A DNA stretch of 64,000 nt. It comes from Salinispira sp. GTDB taxonomy: Bacteria; Spirochaetota; Spirochaetia; DSM-27196; Salinispiraceae. Positions 1-10,071 of the stretch are shown here, piece by piece. The stretch lies in assembly GCA_965602015.1 (NCBI GenBank), contig OZ271918.1, positions 1,152,001 to 1,216,000 of the forward strand, read 5' to 3'. Both the position numbers and the translations under genes were made by a program. The number at the start of each line of letters is the position of its first letter. Position 1 is the first letter of the stretch. The notes beneath the pieces are model-generated. The model was not told the DNA's origin. It did not search any database and saw only the letters and a list, made by a program, of their open reading frames with translations.

Positions 1-888
1 AGAAAGGTGTTCCCGGCGGGACCGGATTTTTCTGGCGCTTTCGTAAAGGCGTTCGGCATTTTCCGCCGGGTCGAGGGAGGGATCCAGGGAAACGGCGATT
101 TCCACACCAGGGTTATCATAATCCTCCAGTAGAACAGACGTTTGGCCGGGTGCTATCTTCCAGATATTGGACAGGACAAGATCAGCCTGATGCTGCAGTT
201 CATCAGCCTTGCCCACATTTTGCTCGGATTTTTCTACCCGGCGGATTCGGGCTTGAAGGGAGTTCTCCCGCATGGAATAGTAGCGCTCAAGTTCCCGCTT
301 GAGCCTGACGCTTTTCTCCTGTTTTTCCCGTTGACCGTACTCGTGGGCGATAAAGTCATTAAAGCTCTGCCCGCCGGGATGCTCTCGAATTTCAAAATCC
401 TCAGTGATTTGATCGGCGTTTATTCCGGCTTGCGGGGCAGCAAAATGGCCTCCGACTATTTCTCCCCGTTGGGGCCGGCGATAAGCGGCCTCGAGTATTT
501 TATGTGTTTCATCGCAGGCAAGAATATTTGCCGCGTTGCCCCATAATTTGACGTAAAGCAGGGTGGTCTCTCCGCCCCGCTCGATGCGGAACTCGATAAT
601 CCTGTCCGATGAGAGCTGGGCGGCAGAGACGATTCTTCCCCCCTTTATTCTGGATCGCAGGAATTCCGAGAACCGTGGTTGCTTACCCTTTGACCCGGGC
701 TTGCGATTGCTCAGATGCAGACGGGTGTTTCCCTGTTCAAGGCAGATTCTCAGGATTCCCGTTTTGCCCGGCCGGTAGATCTGGAAGTATATGTTGCGAA
801 AATCCCGCTGAAATATCTGTTGTATGTGGGCGCCTTCGAGGTCAAGCTCCTGCAGGATCAGGTTGATTTCTTTCCAGTTCAGACTCAT
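1..888 (-). CDS. rqcH: NFACT family protein (RqcH/FbpA-like ribosome quality control), N-terminal part; runs off window start
   Basis: Not in ORF track. Manual translation from ATG at 888: MSLNWKEINLILQELDLEGAHIQQIFQ...RFSEFLRSRIKGGRIVSAAQLSSDRIIEFRI...LYVKLWGNAANILACD, resembling the NFACT N-terminus. Starts just after the folC stop. Confidence 0.75.
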   Translation of the reverse strand, partial: MSLNWKEINLILQELDLEGAHIQQIFQRDFRNIYFQIYRPGKTGILRICLEQGNTRLHLSNRKPGSKGKQPRFSEFLRSRIKGGRIVSAAQLSSDRIIEFRIERGGETTLLYVKLWGNAANILACDETHKILEAAYRRPQRGEIVGGHFAAPQAGINADQITEDFEIREHPGGQSFNDFIAHEYGQREKQEKSVRLKRELERYYSMRENSLQARIRRVEKSEQNVGKADELQHQADLVLSNIWKIAPGQTSVLLEDYDNPGVEIAVSLDPSLDPAENAERLYESARKIRSRREHLS

Positions 889-889
889 G

Positions 890-2284
890 TCATCTCTCCG
901 ACATATCCAGGCAGGAAGCGAGTTCACCAAGCAGGTAAAAAGAGCCGGTAATAAGAACCCCGCTTCCCGCTTGTCCCGAGCGAATTATGGCGCATAATTC
1001 GCCGGTATTTTCAACGAGCTCCGGGCGAATTGCATGGCCTTCGGCTGCCCGTAGGGCCTTCGCATAAAGCCCGGGTATATCTGCCCGTTTGAAATTGCCC
1101 GTGCCGGTAATGATCAGGCGGCTGCATCGGGGTATGAGCAGTGTAAGCATTGAGTCCGCATCCTTGTCTTCCAGACAGGAAAAAATAACCGTGAGCTCAT
1201 GGGGTGCGAATCCCCTTCGCTGTTCTATAGCAGAGACCAGCTGCCTCAGGGATTCGGGGGTGTGGGCAGCATCGAGAATAACCGGGCGCTCCTGTCCACC
1301 GGGAAGGCTGAGCTGGCGCCGTTCGAATCGGCCGGGCAAGGGTGGAGATTGCAGCAAAGCCGCAAGGCGCCGGGCAAATCCCGCCGCGGGAGTATTTTGG
1401 TCTGCATCATTCCGCGAGCCGACCGTCGGCACGGATATTTGGTCCGCGCCGGACTTCGCCGTAAGATTCTGGAAAATCCGAAGCGCCGAGTATGCACATA
1501 GGGCGTTGAGCCGGTAAAACCGCGGCAGGGTATTTATGTCGCGATCGGCCATACCGGCCTCCGCAATAATGCCTGAGAACTCCGGCTCATAATCCACAGA
1601 TTTAAAAACCCGGGCGTCGCGCTCATCGGCTATCGGCAGAATACTTTCCAGCGCCTCCGGTTTTATATCCCCGAGAAGCACCGGCGTACGGGATTTGATG
1701 ATGCCCGCCTTCTCAACGGCAATTTTGCCGATGGTATCACCGAGATACTTGGTGTGCTCCAGTTCGATGGGGGTAATTATAGAGAGCAGGGGCTGAATGA
1801 CGTTGGTGGAGTCCAATCGCCCTCCGAGTCCCACTTCTATTACTGCTCTTCGCAAACCCGCCCGTTGAAAGACCAAAAAAGCCAGCAGGGTCAGAAGCTC
1901 AAAGGTTGTTGCGTTGTGACCCGGTTCGGACATATACCGCTTGATATCATCAAGGCTGGCGGAGTATACCTCGTCGCTAAAAAAGCCGTTGCGGAAATCA
2001 TCCATCCGCGGAAGAGCAGAGCGTATGCGCTCGCGGTAATCGGAGACATGAGGAGAAGAGTAAATACCGACGGGAGCCCCGGTTTCATCGGCAAGTAGGG
2101 AAGCGAGCACAGCAGCCGTGCTGCCCTTACCCTTGGATCCGGCGATGTGGATTAGCTCCATATCTCTGTCGGGGCGCGAGAAATCATCAAGCAGCGTCCT
2201 CATGTTGTCGAGGTGAAAATCACGCTTCTCGCCGGGCTGTTTTTCAAAGTTGGCAAAGCCCTCCAAATAGCCGAAGTCAATCAT
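890..2284 (-). CDS. folC: Bifunctional folylpolyglutamate synthase/dihydrofolate synthase
   Basis: HIAGSKGKGST P-loop, YSSPH..RERI, TFELLT, EVGLGGRLDSTNV, EKAGIIK, LDAAHTP, TGSFYL. Start reset to MIDFG (2284), overlapping the hisD stop. Confidence 0.93.
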   Translation of the reverse strand: MIDFGYLEGFANFEKQPGEKRDFHLDNMRTLLDDFSRPDRDMELIHIAGSKGKGSTAAVLASLLADETGAPVGIYSSPHVSDYRERIRSALPRMDDFRNGFFSDEVYSASLDDIKRYMSEPGHNATTFELLTLLAFLVFQRAGLRRAVIEVGLGGRLDSTNVIQPLLSIITPIELEHTKYLGDTIGKIAVEKAGIIKSRTPVLLGDIKPEALESILPIADERDARVFKSVDYEPEFSGIIAEAGMADRDINTLPRFYRLNALCAYSALRIFQNLTAKSGADQISVPTVGSRNDADQNTPAAGFARRLAALLQSPPLPGRFERRQLSLPGGQERPVILDAAHTPESLRQLVSAIEQRRGFAPHELTVIFSCLEDKDADSMLTLLIPRCSRLIITGTGNFKRADIPGLYAKALRAAEGHAIRPELVENTGELCAIIRSGQAGSGVLITGSFYLLGELASCLDMSER

Positions 2285-3617
2285 GGTCGCTTTGCCGTTT
2301 TTTTGCCCATAGGGGCATTTCCCTGCGATAGGCAAGGGCTTTTTCGTGGGTATAAAATCCCTCGTATCGGGCGAGAACCTCGCTGTGAGCCGCGATTTCC
2401 CCGTAGGCTTCCGCCTGGACATCAATGACCGAAGTGAATTTCATAAAGTCCCTGACCGACACGGCGGACCAGGTTTTCGCCCTGCCTCCGGTGGGCAGCA
2501 CGGCGTTCGGTCCTACGGCGTAGTTCGCAATGCTGAAGGGAACCCCGGAGCCGAGAAGTATTTCACCGGCATTTCGCAGCCTCGGCAAGTACCTCGACGG
2601 ATCTTCCGACTGGACCTGAAGGTGCTCGGTGGCGAAATCATTTACCAAATCAATGGCTTCATCCATGTCATCTGCGATAATAATCCCGCCATAGCCCGCA
2701 AACACGTCACGTATATAGGTCCTGCGGGGCTCTGGAATGGATGGAAGATATTCATCGACATACTTCTTTACCCTTCCTGCCAGACCCATGTCGTCGGTTA
2801 TGAGAAGGGCAGCGGAGTCCGAGCCGTGCTCAGCCTCTATGAGAAGATCCAGAGCAACGGTGTACGCATCGGCACTGGCGTCGGCCAGGATGATGGACTC
2901 CGATGGGCCTGCGGGAGGACCCGGGTCAATTCGGCGGGATAGCAGGCGCTTTGCAGCGGTGACGTATCTACTGCCCGGGCCGACAACCTTGACCACCGGT
3001 TCGACGCTCTCGGTGCCGTAGGCCAGGGCGGCGATTGCCTGGGCTCCGCCGCATCGGTAAACCTTCTCTACCCCGCAAAGCCGGGCCGCGTACAGACAGG
3101 CTGGGTCTACGCTTCCGTCCGGCAGGGGCGGGGTGACGATGGAAATGCGGGGGACTCCGGCAATGACTGCGGGAACCGCGAGCATGTACAGCATGGAGGG
3201 AAAGCTTCCCCGGCCCCGGGGGACGTATAAGCCCACCGAATCAATAGGGCTGGGCCGTTCGCCCGCGGTAATACCCGGACGGATGGTTATATATTCCATG
3301 ACGGAAGGACGCTGGGCCTCATGAAATCGCTTTACATTCTCCACCGCATAGTCGAGAGCGGATTTGACTTCTCCGCTCAGGATGTTTGCTGCCCGATCAA
3401 ATTCCGAGTCCTCGACCTCAATTCCAAGCTCGCTAATGTCCGCCTTATCAAATTTTCGACTGTAGTCAATCAGCGCTTCATCGCCCCGCAGGCGAACATC
3501 TTTGATTATTTCCGCTACAGTTTCTTCCGCTTCACTGATGTCAGCTTCGCTCCGCTCGAGGATCTCCCGGCGCTGGGCTTCATTGAGGCTTTTCCATTCG
3601 CGAATAGCAATGCTCAT
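2277..3617 (-). CDS. hisD: Histidinol dehydrogenase (divergent active-site variant)
   Basis: GLYVPRG, GGAQAIAALAYGTESV, VGPGS, AGPSE, AEHG, TEHL, LPTGG. Several canonical ligands are substituted (see findings). Confidence 0.8.
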   Translation of the reverse strand: MSIAIREWKSLNEAQRREILERSEADISEAEETVAEIIKDVRLRGDEALIDYSRKFDKADISELGIEVEDSEFDRAANILSGEVKSALDYAVENVKRFHEAQRPSVMEYITIRPGITAGERPSPIDSVGLYVPRGRGSFPSMLYMLAVPAVIAGVPRISIVTPPLPDGSVDPACLYAARLCGVEKVYRCGGAQAIAALAYGTESVEPVVKVVGPGSRYVTAAKRLLSRRIDPGPPAGPSESIILADASADAYTVALDLLIEAEHGSDSAALLITDDMGLAGRVKKYVDEYLPSIPEPRRTYIRDVFAGYGGIIIADDMDEAIDLVNDFATEHLQVQSEDPSRYLPRLRNAGEILLGSGVPFSIANYAVGPNAVLPTGGRAKTWSAVSVRDFMKFTSVIDVQAEAYGEIAAHSEVLARYEGFYTHEKALAYRREMPLWAKKRQSDHD

Positions 3618-3631
3618 ATTTCTATCTCCAA

Positions 3632-4105
3632 CTATGATGCGCTTTTGCGCCGTTGATCGGCCTTGATTCCCACATACAGGGAGTGAATATGGATGACCGT
3701 CAGGGAGGCCGCGGCTCCTGCACTGCCTCCTGAAAAAACCGGTCCTCCCTCATTGTGGGATATGATGACAAGTGAGAGGGCGATTATCAAAAAGAAGAAA
3801 CTGATTCCCGCCCAGACGAAGGCTGCCCTCCGGCGGCGTTCCAGATTTTTCCGTCCCAGCTCGCTGTTCACATCCTCGGTGTAATGCCTATTCGGGTCCC
3901 TGATCGTGCCGCTTTGGGCCAACATATAACCCAATAGGCCGCCGAACATTGCCCGAATGCCCGTAATTCCCCCGAACACCAGCATGGAAAAGCCAAAGCC
4001 CGCCACGTAAGGCTGGGGAATCAGGGTCATCACAATGCCGGGAACCGCCAGCGAAAGGGCAATGACCCCGTTGGCTGAAGTAAGCTCACGTTTAATGCTG
4101 TTCAT
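3632..4105 (-). CDS. Hypothetical membrane protein (about 3-4 TM)
   Basis: 157-aa ORF with hydrophobic segments, co-oriented directly upstream of hisD. Confidence 0.6.
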   Translation of the reverse strand: MNSIKRELTSANGVIALSLAVPGIVMTLIPQPYVAGFGFSMLVFGGITGIRAMFGGLLGYMLAQSGTIRDPNRHYTEDVNSELGRKNLERRRRAAFVWAGISFFFLIIALSLVIISHNEGGPVFSGGSAGAAASLTVIHIHSLYVGIKADQRRKSAS

Positions 4106-4265
4106 AGTAAAACCGCCGTCATGGGCACCTATGTGCGACCGGTGCGCGTTTTTTTGTCAAATATTGTTTATACCGATTGAGATAATAGCAAAAGCTGCAA
4201 AGGAAGCAAAGCGCCAACGGCATGAGATTCTTAACGCCTGGTTCCAGCCACGTGCCGCTTGAATC

Positions 4266-4328
4266 CTTCTGCCCCCGGCCCGCCGACCGCTACCCGCCGA
4301 CTTCTGCCCGCTACCTGTCGCCCGCCGA
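4266..4328 (+). repeat. Nine tandem degenerate heptamers
   Basis: CTTCTGC CCCCGGC CCGCCGA CCGCTAC CCGCCGA CTTCTGC CCGCTAC CTGTCGC CCGCCGA in intergenic DNA. Confidence 0.75.
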
Positions 4329-4511
4329 GTGTGCGTAAAAAAGGGGCGGGGAGGCAGCAATTTTTTTATCTGGACATGCAGCGGGCAGAATGGACAATAT
4401 TGAATGCAATTCAGTTAAACCCTTGTGGCTCCCTTGGTTTTTTGTGTAAAATGACGTATTTCCCGTCCCTGCCTTGTGAGCCAGGGGCGAATCAAAATGA
4501 GCGAGGTAGCA

Positions 4512-5687
4512 ATGGTTATTAAACCAATGATTCGCAGCAATATGTGCATGAATGCCCATCCGGTGGGCTGTCAGAAAGACGTTCTTGATCAAATTAATTA
4601 TGTGAAAAGCCAGTCCCCCATTGAAGGTCCTAAAAATGTACTGGTAATCGGCGCTTCAACGGGTTACGGTCTTGCCAGCAGAATTGTCGCGGCCTTCGGT
4701 GCCGGAGCCAACACCTTTGGGGTTTCTTTTGAGCGCGAACCAAGCGAGAAACGCACCGGCACCATGGGCTTTTATGCAAATCAGGCCCTGGAAGCCGAGG
4801 CGAAGAAGGCAGGTCTCATTGCAGAAAGTCTCAACGGCGACGCCTTTAGTCACGAAGTGAAAGATCAAGTAATCGCCCGGGTCAAGGAGCTTTTCGGCTC
4901 GGTTGACCTGGTTGTGTACAGCCTGGCGAGTCCCGTGCGCAAGGATCCCGACAGCGATACCACATTCCGTTCGACTCTTAAACCGATCGGAAAAACCTAT
5001 ACCGCAAAAAGCATTAATCCCCAGACCGCTGAAATTTCAGAAGTTACCATCGAGCCGGCGAACGATGACGAGATTGCCGAAACCATCCGGGTAATGGGAG
5101 GGGATGACTGGAAGCTGTGGACCCACGCCCTTTTAAAAGCAGGGGTACTCAGCGAAGGGGTGAAGACCGTTGCCTACAGTTATATCGGACCGGAGGTCAC
5201 CAAGGCGGTGTATCGCGAAGGCACCATCGGAAAGGCAAAAGAACACCTCGAACAGACTGCCGGGGATCTTGAGAAAGACCTTGCCTCCGTTAAGGGCGAA
5301 GCCTATGTTTCGGTCAATAAAGCCCTGGTAACCCGGGCTTCCGCAGTCATACCAGTTGTGCCCTTATACCTCTCCCTCCTCTTCAGAGTCATGAAGGAAA
5401 AGGGAATCCACGAGGGCTGTATTGAGCAAATGTACCGTCTGTTTAACGCCCGGCTCTACGACGGCGATCTTGAACTTGATGAGAAGGGAAGAATACGAAT
5501 GGATGACTGGGAGCTCAGGCAGGATGTCCAGTCCGCGGTTGACGAATTGTGGCCCCAGGTAAACAGCGATAATGTCCGAAGCCTCGGTGATTTGGACGGC
5601 TACAACCGGGATTTCCTTGGAATTCACGGGTTCGGCCGCGAAGATATTGATTACGAGGCCGATATCGACACCGAGCTTTCTCTCTGA
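4512..5687 (+). CDS. fabV: Enoyl-ACP reductase FabV / trans-2-enoyl-CoA reductase
   Basis: NAHPVGC, VLVIGASTGYGLASRI, NGDAFS, YSLASP, VMGGDDW, YSYIGPE, TIGKAKEHL, KALVTRASAVIP, HEGCIEQ. GAGG RBS before ATG 4512. Confidence 0.93.
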   Translation: MVIKPMIRSNMCMNAHPVGCQKDVLDQINYVKSQSPIEGPKNVLVIGASTGYGLASRIVAAFGAGANTFGVSFEREPSEKRTGTMGFYANQALEAEAKKAGLIAESLNGDAFSHEVKDQVIARVKELFGSVDLVVYSLASPVRKDPDSDTTFRSTLKPIGKTYTAKSINPQTAEISEVTIEPANDDEIAETIRVMGGDDWKLWTHALLKAGVLSEGVKTVAYSYIGPEVTKAVYREGTIGKAKEHLEQTAGDLEKDLASVKGEAYVSVNKALVTRASAVIPVVPLYLSLLFRVMKEKGIHEGCIEQMYRLFNARLYDGDLELDEKGRIRMDDWELRQDVQSAVDELWPQVNSDNVRSLGDLDGYNRDFLGIHGFGREDIDYEADIDTELSL

Positions 5688-5703
5688 TACAGTAGGCCTC
5701 CAT

Positions 5704-6642
5704 ATGACCATGGAAGCCTTTATTCTCGGAACAGGCGGGAGCATGCCCCTGCCGCACCGCCATCTTACATCCCTCCTGCTCAGGCGGGAGGGTGACCTGT
5801 TTCTTTTCGACGCCGGCGAGGGTACCCAGGTCTCCCTCAGGCGCTTAAACCTCCGTTGGAAAAAAATCAACGCCATCTTTATCTCTCATACCCATGCGGA
5901 CCATGTAACCGGTCTCCCGGGTATGCTTATGCTTTCCTCCCAGGTCGACAGGAGCGAACCCTTATACATAATCGGTCCGCCCCGGATAGCCGAGTACGTG
6001 GAATCCAGCCGCCGGATCCTCGAAATGTATATCAACTATGAAATCATCGTTAGAGAAATCGAGAATCCCGGGCAGCCTGCCGTTGTTTATGAGACCGATG
6101 AGTACCAGGTCAGGAGTTTTCCCCTTCGTCATACCCGGGTGTGCGTGGGTTATGCCTTCGAGGAAAAACCCCGCCCCGGAATTTTCGATCCCCAGGCGGC
6201 TGTTACCCTCGATATACCCCGGGGTCCACTATGGGGCCGGCTGCAGTCCGGAGAGCAGGTCGTTCTTGAGGACGGCCGCATCGTCCTTCCGCATCAGGTG
6301 ATGGGCCCTGCTCGCTCAGGTCGGAAGGTCAGTTACGTCACCGATACGGCCTTTATGCCGGAGATTGCCGACCAGGTGCGAAATTCCGATTTGCTTATTA
6401 TTGAGGGAATGTTCGAAACCGCCTTGGCTGAAACTGCGGCGAAAAAGCGGCACATGACCGCCCGGCAGGCGGGCATTGTTGCCCGGGATTCGGCTTCAAA
6501 AAAAGCCGGACTCATTCATTTCTCACCGCGCTATACGGAACGAGAGCTGAAGACCCTGGTAAGCGAGGCGAGGGAGGAATACCCCGAGGCTTTTTTATCC
6601 AGGGACCGGATGAAAATTGACATCCCCTTCGAGGAACAGTAG
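5704..6642 (+). CDS. rnz: Ribonuclease Z
   Basis: LGTGGSMP, FDAGEGTQ, ISHTHADHVTGLPG (HxHxDH), GPLWGRLQ exosite, TDT, KRHMT, IHFSPRY. Confidence 0.93.
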   Translation: MTMEAFILGTGGSMPLPHRHLTSLLLRREGDLFLFDAGEGTQVSLRRLNLRWKKINAIFISHTHADHVTGLPGMLMLSSQVDRSEPLYIIGPPRIAEYVESSRRILEMYINYEIIVREIENPGQPAVVYETDEYQVRSFPLRHTRVCVGYAFEEKPRPGIFDPQAAVTLDIPRGPLWGRLQSGEQVVLEDGRIVLPHQVMGPARSGRKVSYVTDTAFMPEIADQVRNSDLLIIEGMFETALAETAAKKRHMTARQAGIVARDSASKKAGLIHFSPRYTERELKTLVSEAREEYPEAFLSRDRMKIDIPFEEQ

Positions 6643-6696
6643 TTTTCTGACAATCAGCGATTATAAAAATGATCAACCACTGGTGGAGGAAGGGAA

Positions 6697-7647
6697 ATGC
6701 TGGTACTTGAAGAGGTAGCCAAATCCTACGGCGACTTCCAGGCGGTCAAAACGGTAAGTTTTTCTGCGAGGAAAGGAGAGATCCTGGGCCTTTTGGGACC
6801 AAACGGCGCGGGAAAAACCAGCATAATGAGGATAATAACCGGATATCACTTTCCAAGCTCCGGTCGAGTACGTCTGGATAACGACGAGATTCTAGCAGAC
6901 AGTCCCGAGGTAAAAAATCGCATAGGGTATCTGCCGGAAAATGCCCCCCTGTATCCCGAATTCAGCGTGGCTGAATACCTGCGCTTTTGCGCGGAGGCGA
7001 GAATTCCAGGGCCCGGGAACCGGGGGAAGGCCGTTTCACGGGTAGTTAAGGACTGTTCACTGGAAGCGGTCTACCACCGCAGCGTTGCCGAGTTGTCCAA
7101 GGGCTTTCGGCAGCGTGTGGCTCTCGCCCAGGCCCTGTTGCACGATCCCGATATTCTGATTCTCGATGAACCGACCAGCGGTTTGGATCCGAATCAAATA
7201 CAGGATATTCGCAAGCTCATCCGAAACCTGGGGAAGGAAAAAACGGTAATTTTATCAACCCATATCATGCAGGAGGCAGAGGCCCTGTGCGACAGGGTCC
7301 TCATTCTAAGCCGTGGAGTGGTGGTTGCTCAAGGCGATGTCAAAAGCATAGGCCGGGAACTGAGGGGCCGGAGGACGCTCTACGTCAGATTCAATGTTTT
7401 TAACGACAACATCAGCAGGGAGCTCTCCTCCACTTCCGGCATCTCCTCCCTTGTTGCTCAAGATGAAGGCTACGAACTTGTCATCGATAGCGAGGTAAAT
7501 CCCGATTTTATCTTCGACTGGTGTGTCGAGCGGGGCTTCAAAGTTCGGGAGTTACGGCCAATCAGGGAGAGTCTGGAGGAAGTCTTTAATAAACTCACTC
7601 GCTCTGATTATCCGAGTCGGGGAGGAGATGGCAATGATCCGGAGTAA
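6697..7647 (+). CDS. ABC transporter ATP-binding protein (GldA-like)
   Basis: GPNGAGKT Walker A, LSKGFRQR signature, ILDEPTSGLDP, LSTH. Confidence 0.9.
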   Translation: MLVLEEVAKSYGDFQAVKTVSFSARKGEILGLLGPNGAGKTSIMRIITGYHFPSSGRVRLDNDEILADSPEVKNRIGYLPENAPLYPEFSVAEYLRFCAEARIPGPGNRGKAVSRVVKDCSLEAVYHRSVAELSKGFRQRVALAQALLHDPDILILDEPTSGLDPNQIQDIRKLIRNLGKEKTVILSTHIMQEAEALCDRVLILSRGVVVAQGDVKSIGRELRGRRTLYVRFNVFNDNISRELSSTSGISSLVAQDEGYELVIDSEVNPDFIFDWCVERGFKVRELRPIRESLEEVFNKLTRSDYPSRGGDGNDPE

Positions 7648-8365
7648 TGTTGCAGCTCTGATAAAAAAAGAACTCGCCTCCGGGCTTAACAATCCCGCGC
7701 CCTACCTGGCCGGGATTTTATTTCTCGTGTTTTCATGGCTGTGGTTTATGAGGATTTTTAACTTCGCAGCCCGGGATTATGCATCATTCAGGGAGTTTTT
7801 TAGCCTGTTTCCCCTGCTTTTTGTGCTTCTCATTCCGCCGCTCACGATGCGGCTTTGGGCCGAAGAGCGGCGCAGCGGGACCGTTGAATTGCTGCTGACC
7901 ATGCCCTATACAACCGGTCAGCTGGTCCTGGGGAAATTCTTCGGAACTTATTTTCAGTTTGTATGTATCATTCTTCTGACAACTCCGACCGTCATGATTC
8001 TCAGGAACCTTGGGGATTTTGATACCGGGCAGATATTTACCCAGTACATCGGGGTGTTTCTCATGGGGGCAAGCTATATCAGCATGGGTCAGTTCATTTC
8101 CGTTACCTGTAAGAACCAGATAACCGCAGCCCTGATCAGCATCGGCGCCATGCTGCTGAGTAGCCTGGTTTTTTCCGCCCTGGCCGGGGCGGCAGCCCTG
8201 CCGTCGTGGCTCAACGCCGGTCTGCGCTACCTCAGCACCACTTCGCATTTTGAATCATTTGCCCGGGGCGTGGTCGATACCAGGGATCTGGTTTTTTTCC
8301 TGCTGTCAAGCGCAGTCTTTCTCTACCTCAACCGTGCGGTTCTTTTGCTGAGGAAATGGAGATAG
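7634..8365 (+). CDS. ABC-2 type permease (GldF-like)
   Basis: Six hydrophobic segments; TMRLWAEERRSGTVELLLT, LVLGKF, FESFARGVVDTRD. GGAGG RBS at 7621. Confidence 0.88.
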   Translation: MIRSNVAALIKKELASGLNNPAPYLAGILFLVFSWLWFMRIFNFAARDYASFREFFSLFPLLFVLLIPPLTMRLWAEERRSGTVELLLTMPYTTGQLVLGKFFGTYFQFVCIILLTTPTVMILRNLGDFDTGQIFTQYIGVFLMGASYISMGQFISVTCKNQITAALISIGAMLLSSLVFSALAGAAALPSWLNAGLRYLSTTSHFESFARGVVDTRDLVFFLLSSAVFLYLNRAVLLLRKWR

Positions 8366-8367
8366 CC

Positions 8368-10071
8368 ATGGACTTTCGCCGATATGTCAGGCTCAGCGTG
8401 CTTATAATCCTCGCCATTTTTACCGCGACTGCCTTCTTGAGCACTTCGGTGTACGGCCGTTTGGATATGAGCAGGGGAAAAGCTTTTAGCATCAGCTCCT
8501 ACACTGCTCAGATGCTCTCCCGCCTGGAGGAGAGAATCACCATCAGCTATTATGTCTCGGCTAGGCTTACTGCACGGGTTCCGGCGGTTGAGGAAATAAT
8601 CGACCTTCTCTATGAGTATCAGCGCCTTGGCAACGGATTGATAGATCTGGAAATCATCGATCCCGACAGCGCCGAGAGCCCGGCTCCGGAAGATTTAGGG
8701 ATACAGCCCCAGGAGCTTCAGGTTGTTGAGAATAATGAACAGACCTTTGCCCGGGTGTACAGCGGCATTGCCGTATCCTACCTCGACGGTCTTGAAGTGA
8801 TTCCCATCATTGTCGACGCTGCTGATCTGGAGTACGAACTCAGTTCCCGTATTCAGAGTCTTACGCTGGGCGGCAGACCCCGGATTGGCCTTATGCTCGG
8901 CAAGGTAAATGAGGATCCGTCCCAGTATCAGACGGTGCTTCAATACCTTTCCCAATACTATGACATACGCCTTATACCCGCCGGAGATCAGATCCCTCCG
9001 GACATCGAGGTTTTGCTGGTGATGGGTAGCGCTGTGTTGGAAGACCGGGACTTATTCCTGATTGAGCAGTACATGCTATCGGGAAACGGCGTACTATTTG
9101 CCGCCGATGTGGCTGAGGTAAATATCGAGGACAATCTACTCTCCACGGATTACAGCGGGCGGCCGGCCGGCGGTTTTCTTGCCCATCACGGTTTTAGCCT
9201 CGAGCCCGCATGGGTGATTGACGAATCGAATCTTTTGCTGCCGGTACAGCAGCAACAGGGCAGGGTAGTGGTCAACAGTATGCAGCCCTATCCCCAGTGG
9301 CCGGCGATTTTACCGGCGAACGTTGAACCGGGGCATCCCTTAACCGCCGGTTTCGAAGGCCTGGACTTGTTCTGGGCAGGTCCGGTATTTCCCTCTGAAG
9401 AAGCCATTGCCAACGGCGCGCGCATTCTTGCCAAAAGCAGCGAAGTTTCAGCCCTCGATTATGACTTTCTCACCCAGCCGGACACCGGGTCAATTGCTTC
9501 CCGGCCCGATTCTCGGGGCAACTATCCCCTGGTGATCGCCTATTCCGGGCCCCTCCGCGCCTATTACCGGGAGGCGCCGTCGGAGCTGACCAATGTAGAT
9601 TTCGACTCTCCTCTTGGTGAGAGCGGGGAAAGCAGACTGATTATCATGGGTGACAGCGATTTCCCCGGTGAGCTCTTTCAGACAGCGGCCTCGACCCATA
9701 ATATATTTTTTATGCAGAGCATTATTGAGTACCTGTCGGGCGACCGGGAGCTCCTCGAATTGAGAACCAGGGGCCAGCGCAACACCGGTCTTAACGCCTT
9801 GGCCACAGCACAGGAGCGAAACCGCGTCATCGCATTTGCGGAAATACTATCCTTCTTCCTGCTGCCTTCCGTTCTCGCCTCTTTCGGCATTCTGCGGTAT
9901 CTCCGCCGAAGGGCAAAATCCCGGCGATTGTACCCATATGAAGGCGATGTGGAAGCTGTCGGTCCCGCGGGGAACCCGCAAAGTGACGACTCGTTCCCCG
10001 GCGGGCTGCCGAGTAACCTGCATAAGGGCGGCGATTCGTATGGTGTCGATCCGGAGGGCGAGAATGACTGA
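8368..10071 (+). CDS. GldG-family ABC auxiliary component
   Basis: N-terminal TM, RLDMS...FSIS..T..ML, IIDP, YSGIAVSY, LEYEL, IMGDSDF, C-terminal TM. Follows GldA/F-like genes. Confidence 0.82.
   Translation: MDFRRYVRLSVLIILAIFTATAFLSTSVYGRLDMSRGKAFSISSYTAQMLSRLEERITISYYVSARLTARVPAVEEIIDLLYEYQRLGNGLIDLEIIDPDSAESPAPEDLGIQPQELQVVENNEQTFARVYSGIAVSYLDGLEVIPIIVDAADLEYELSSRIQSLTLGGRPRIGLMLGKVNEDPSQYQTVLQYLSQYYDIRLIPAGDQIPPDIEVLLVMGSAVLEDRDLFLIEQYMLSGNGVLFAADVAEVNIEDNLLSTDYSGRPAGGFLAHHGFSLEPAWVIDESNLLLPVQQQQGRVVVNSMQPYPQWPAILPANVEPGHPLTAGFEGLDLFWAGPVFPSEEAIANGARILAKSSEVSALDYDFLTQPDTGSIASRPDSRGNYPLVIAYSGPLRAYYREAPSELTNVDFDSPLGESGESRLIIMGDSDFPGELFQTAASTHNIFFMQSIIEYLSGDRELLELRTRGQRNTGLNALATAQERNRVIAFAEILSFFLLPSVLASFGILRYLRRRAKSRRLYPYEGDVEAVGPAGNPQSDDSFPGGLPSNLHKGGDSYGVDPEGEND

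Noticed and set aside
142..951. Short plus-strand ORFs at the window start
   Set aside because: Shadows of the minus-strand NFACT gene, which the track missed because it runs off the edge.
4266..4328. CRISPR array
   Set aside because: Units are 7 bp with no spacers; no repeat-spacer array or cas gene seen anywhere in the window.
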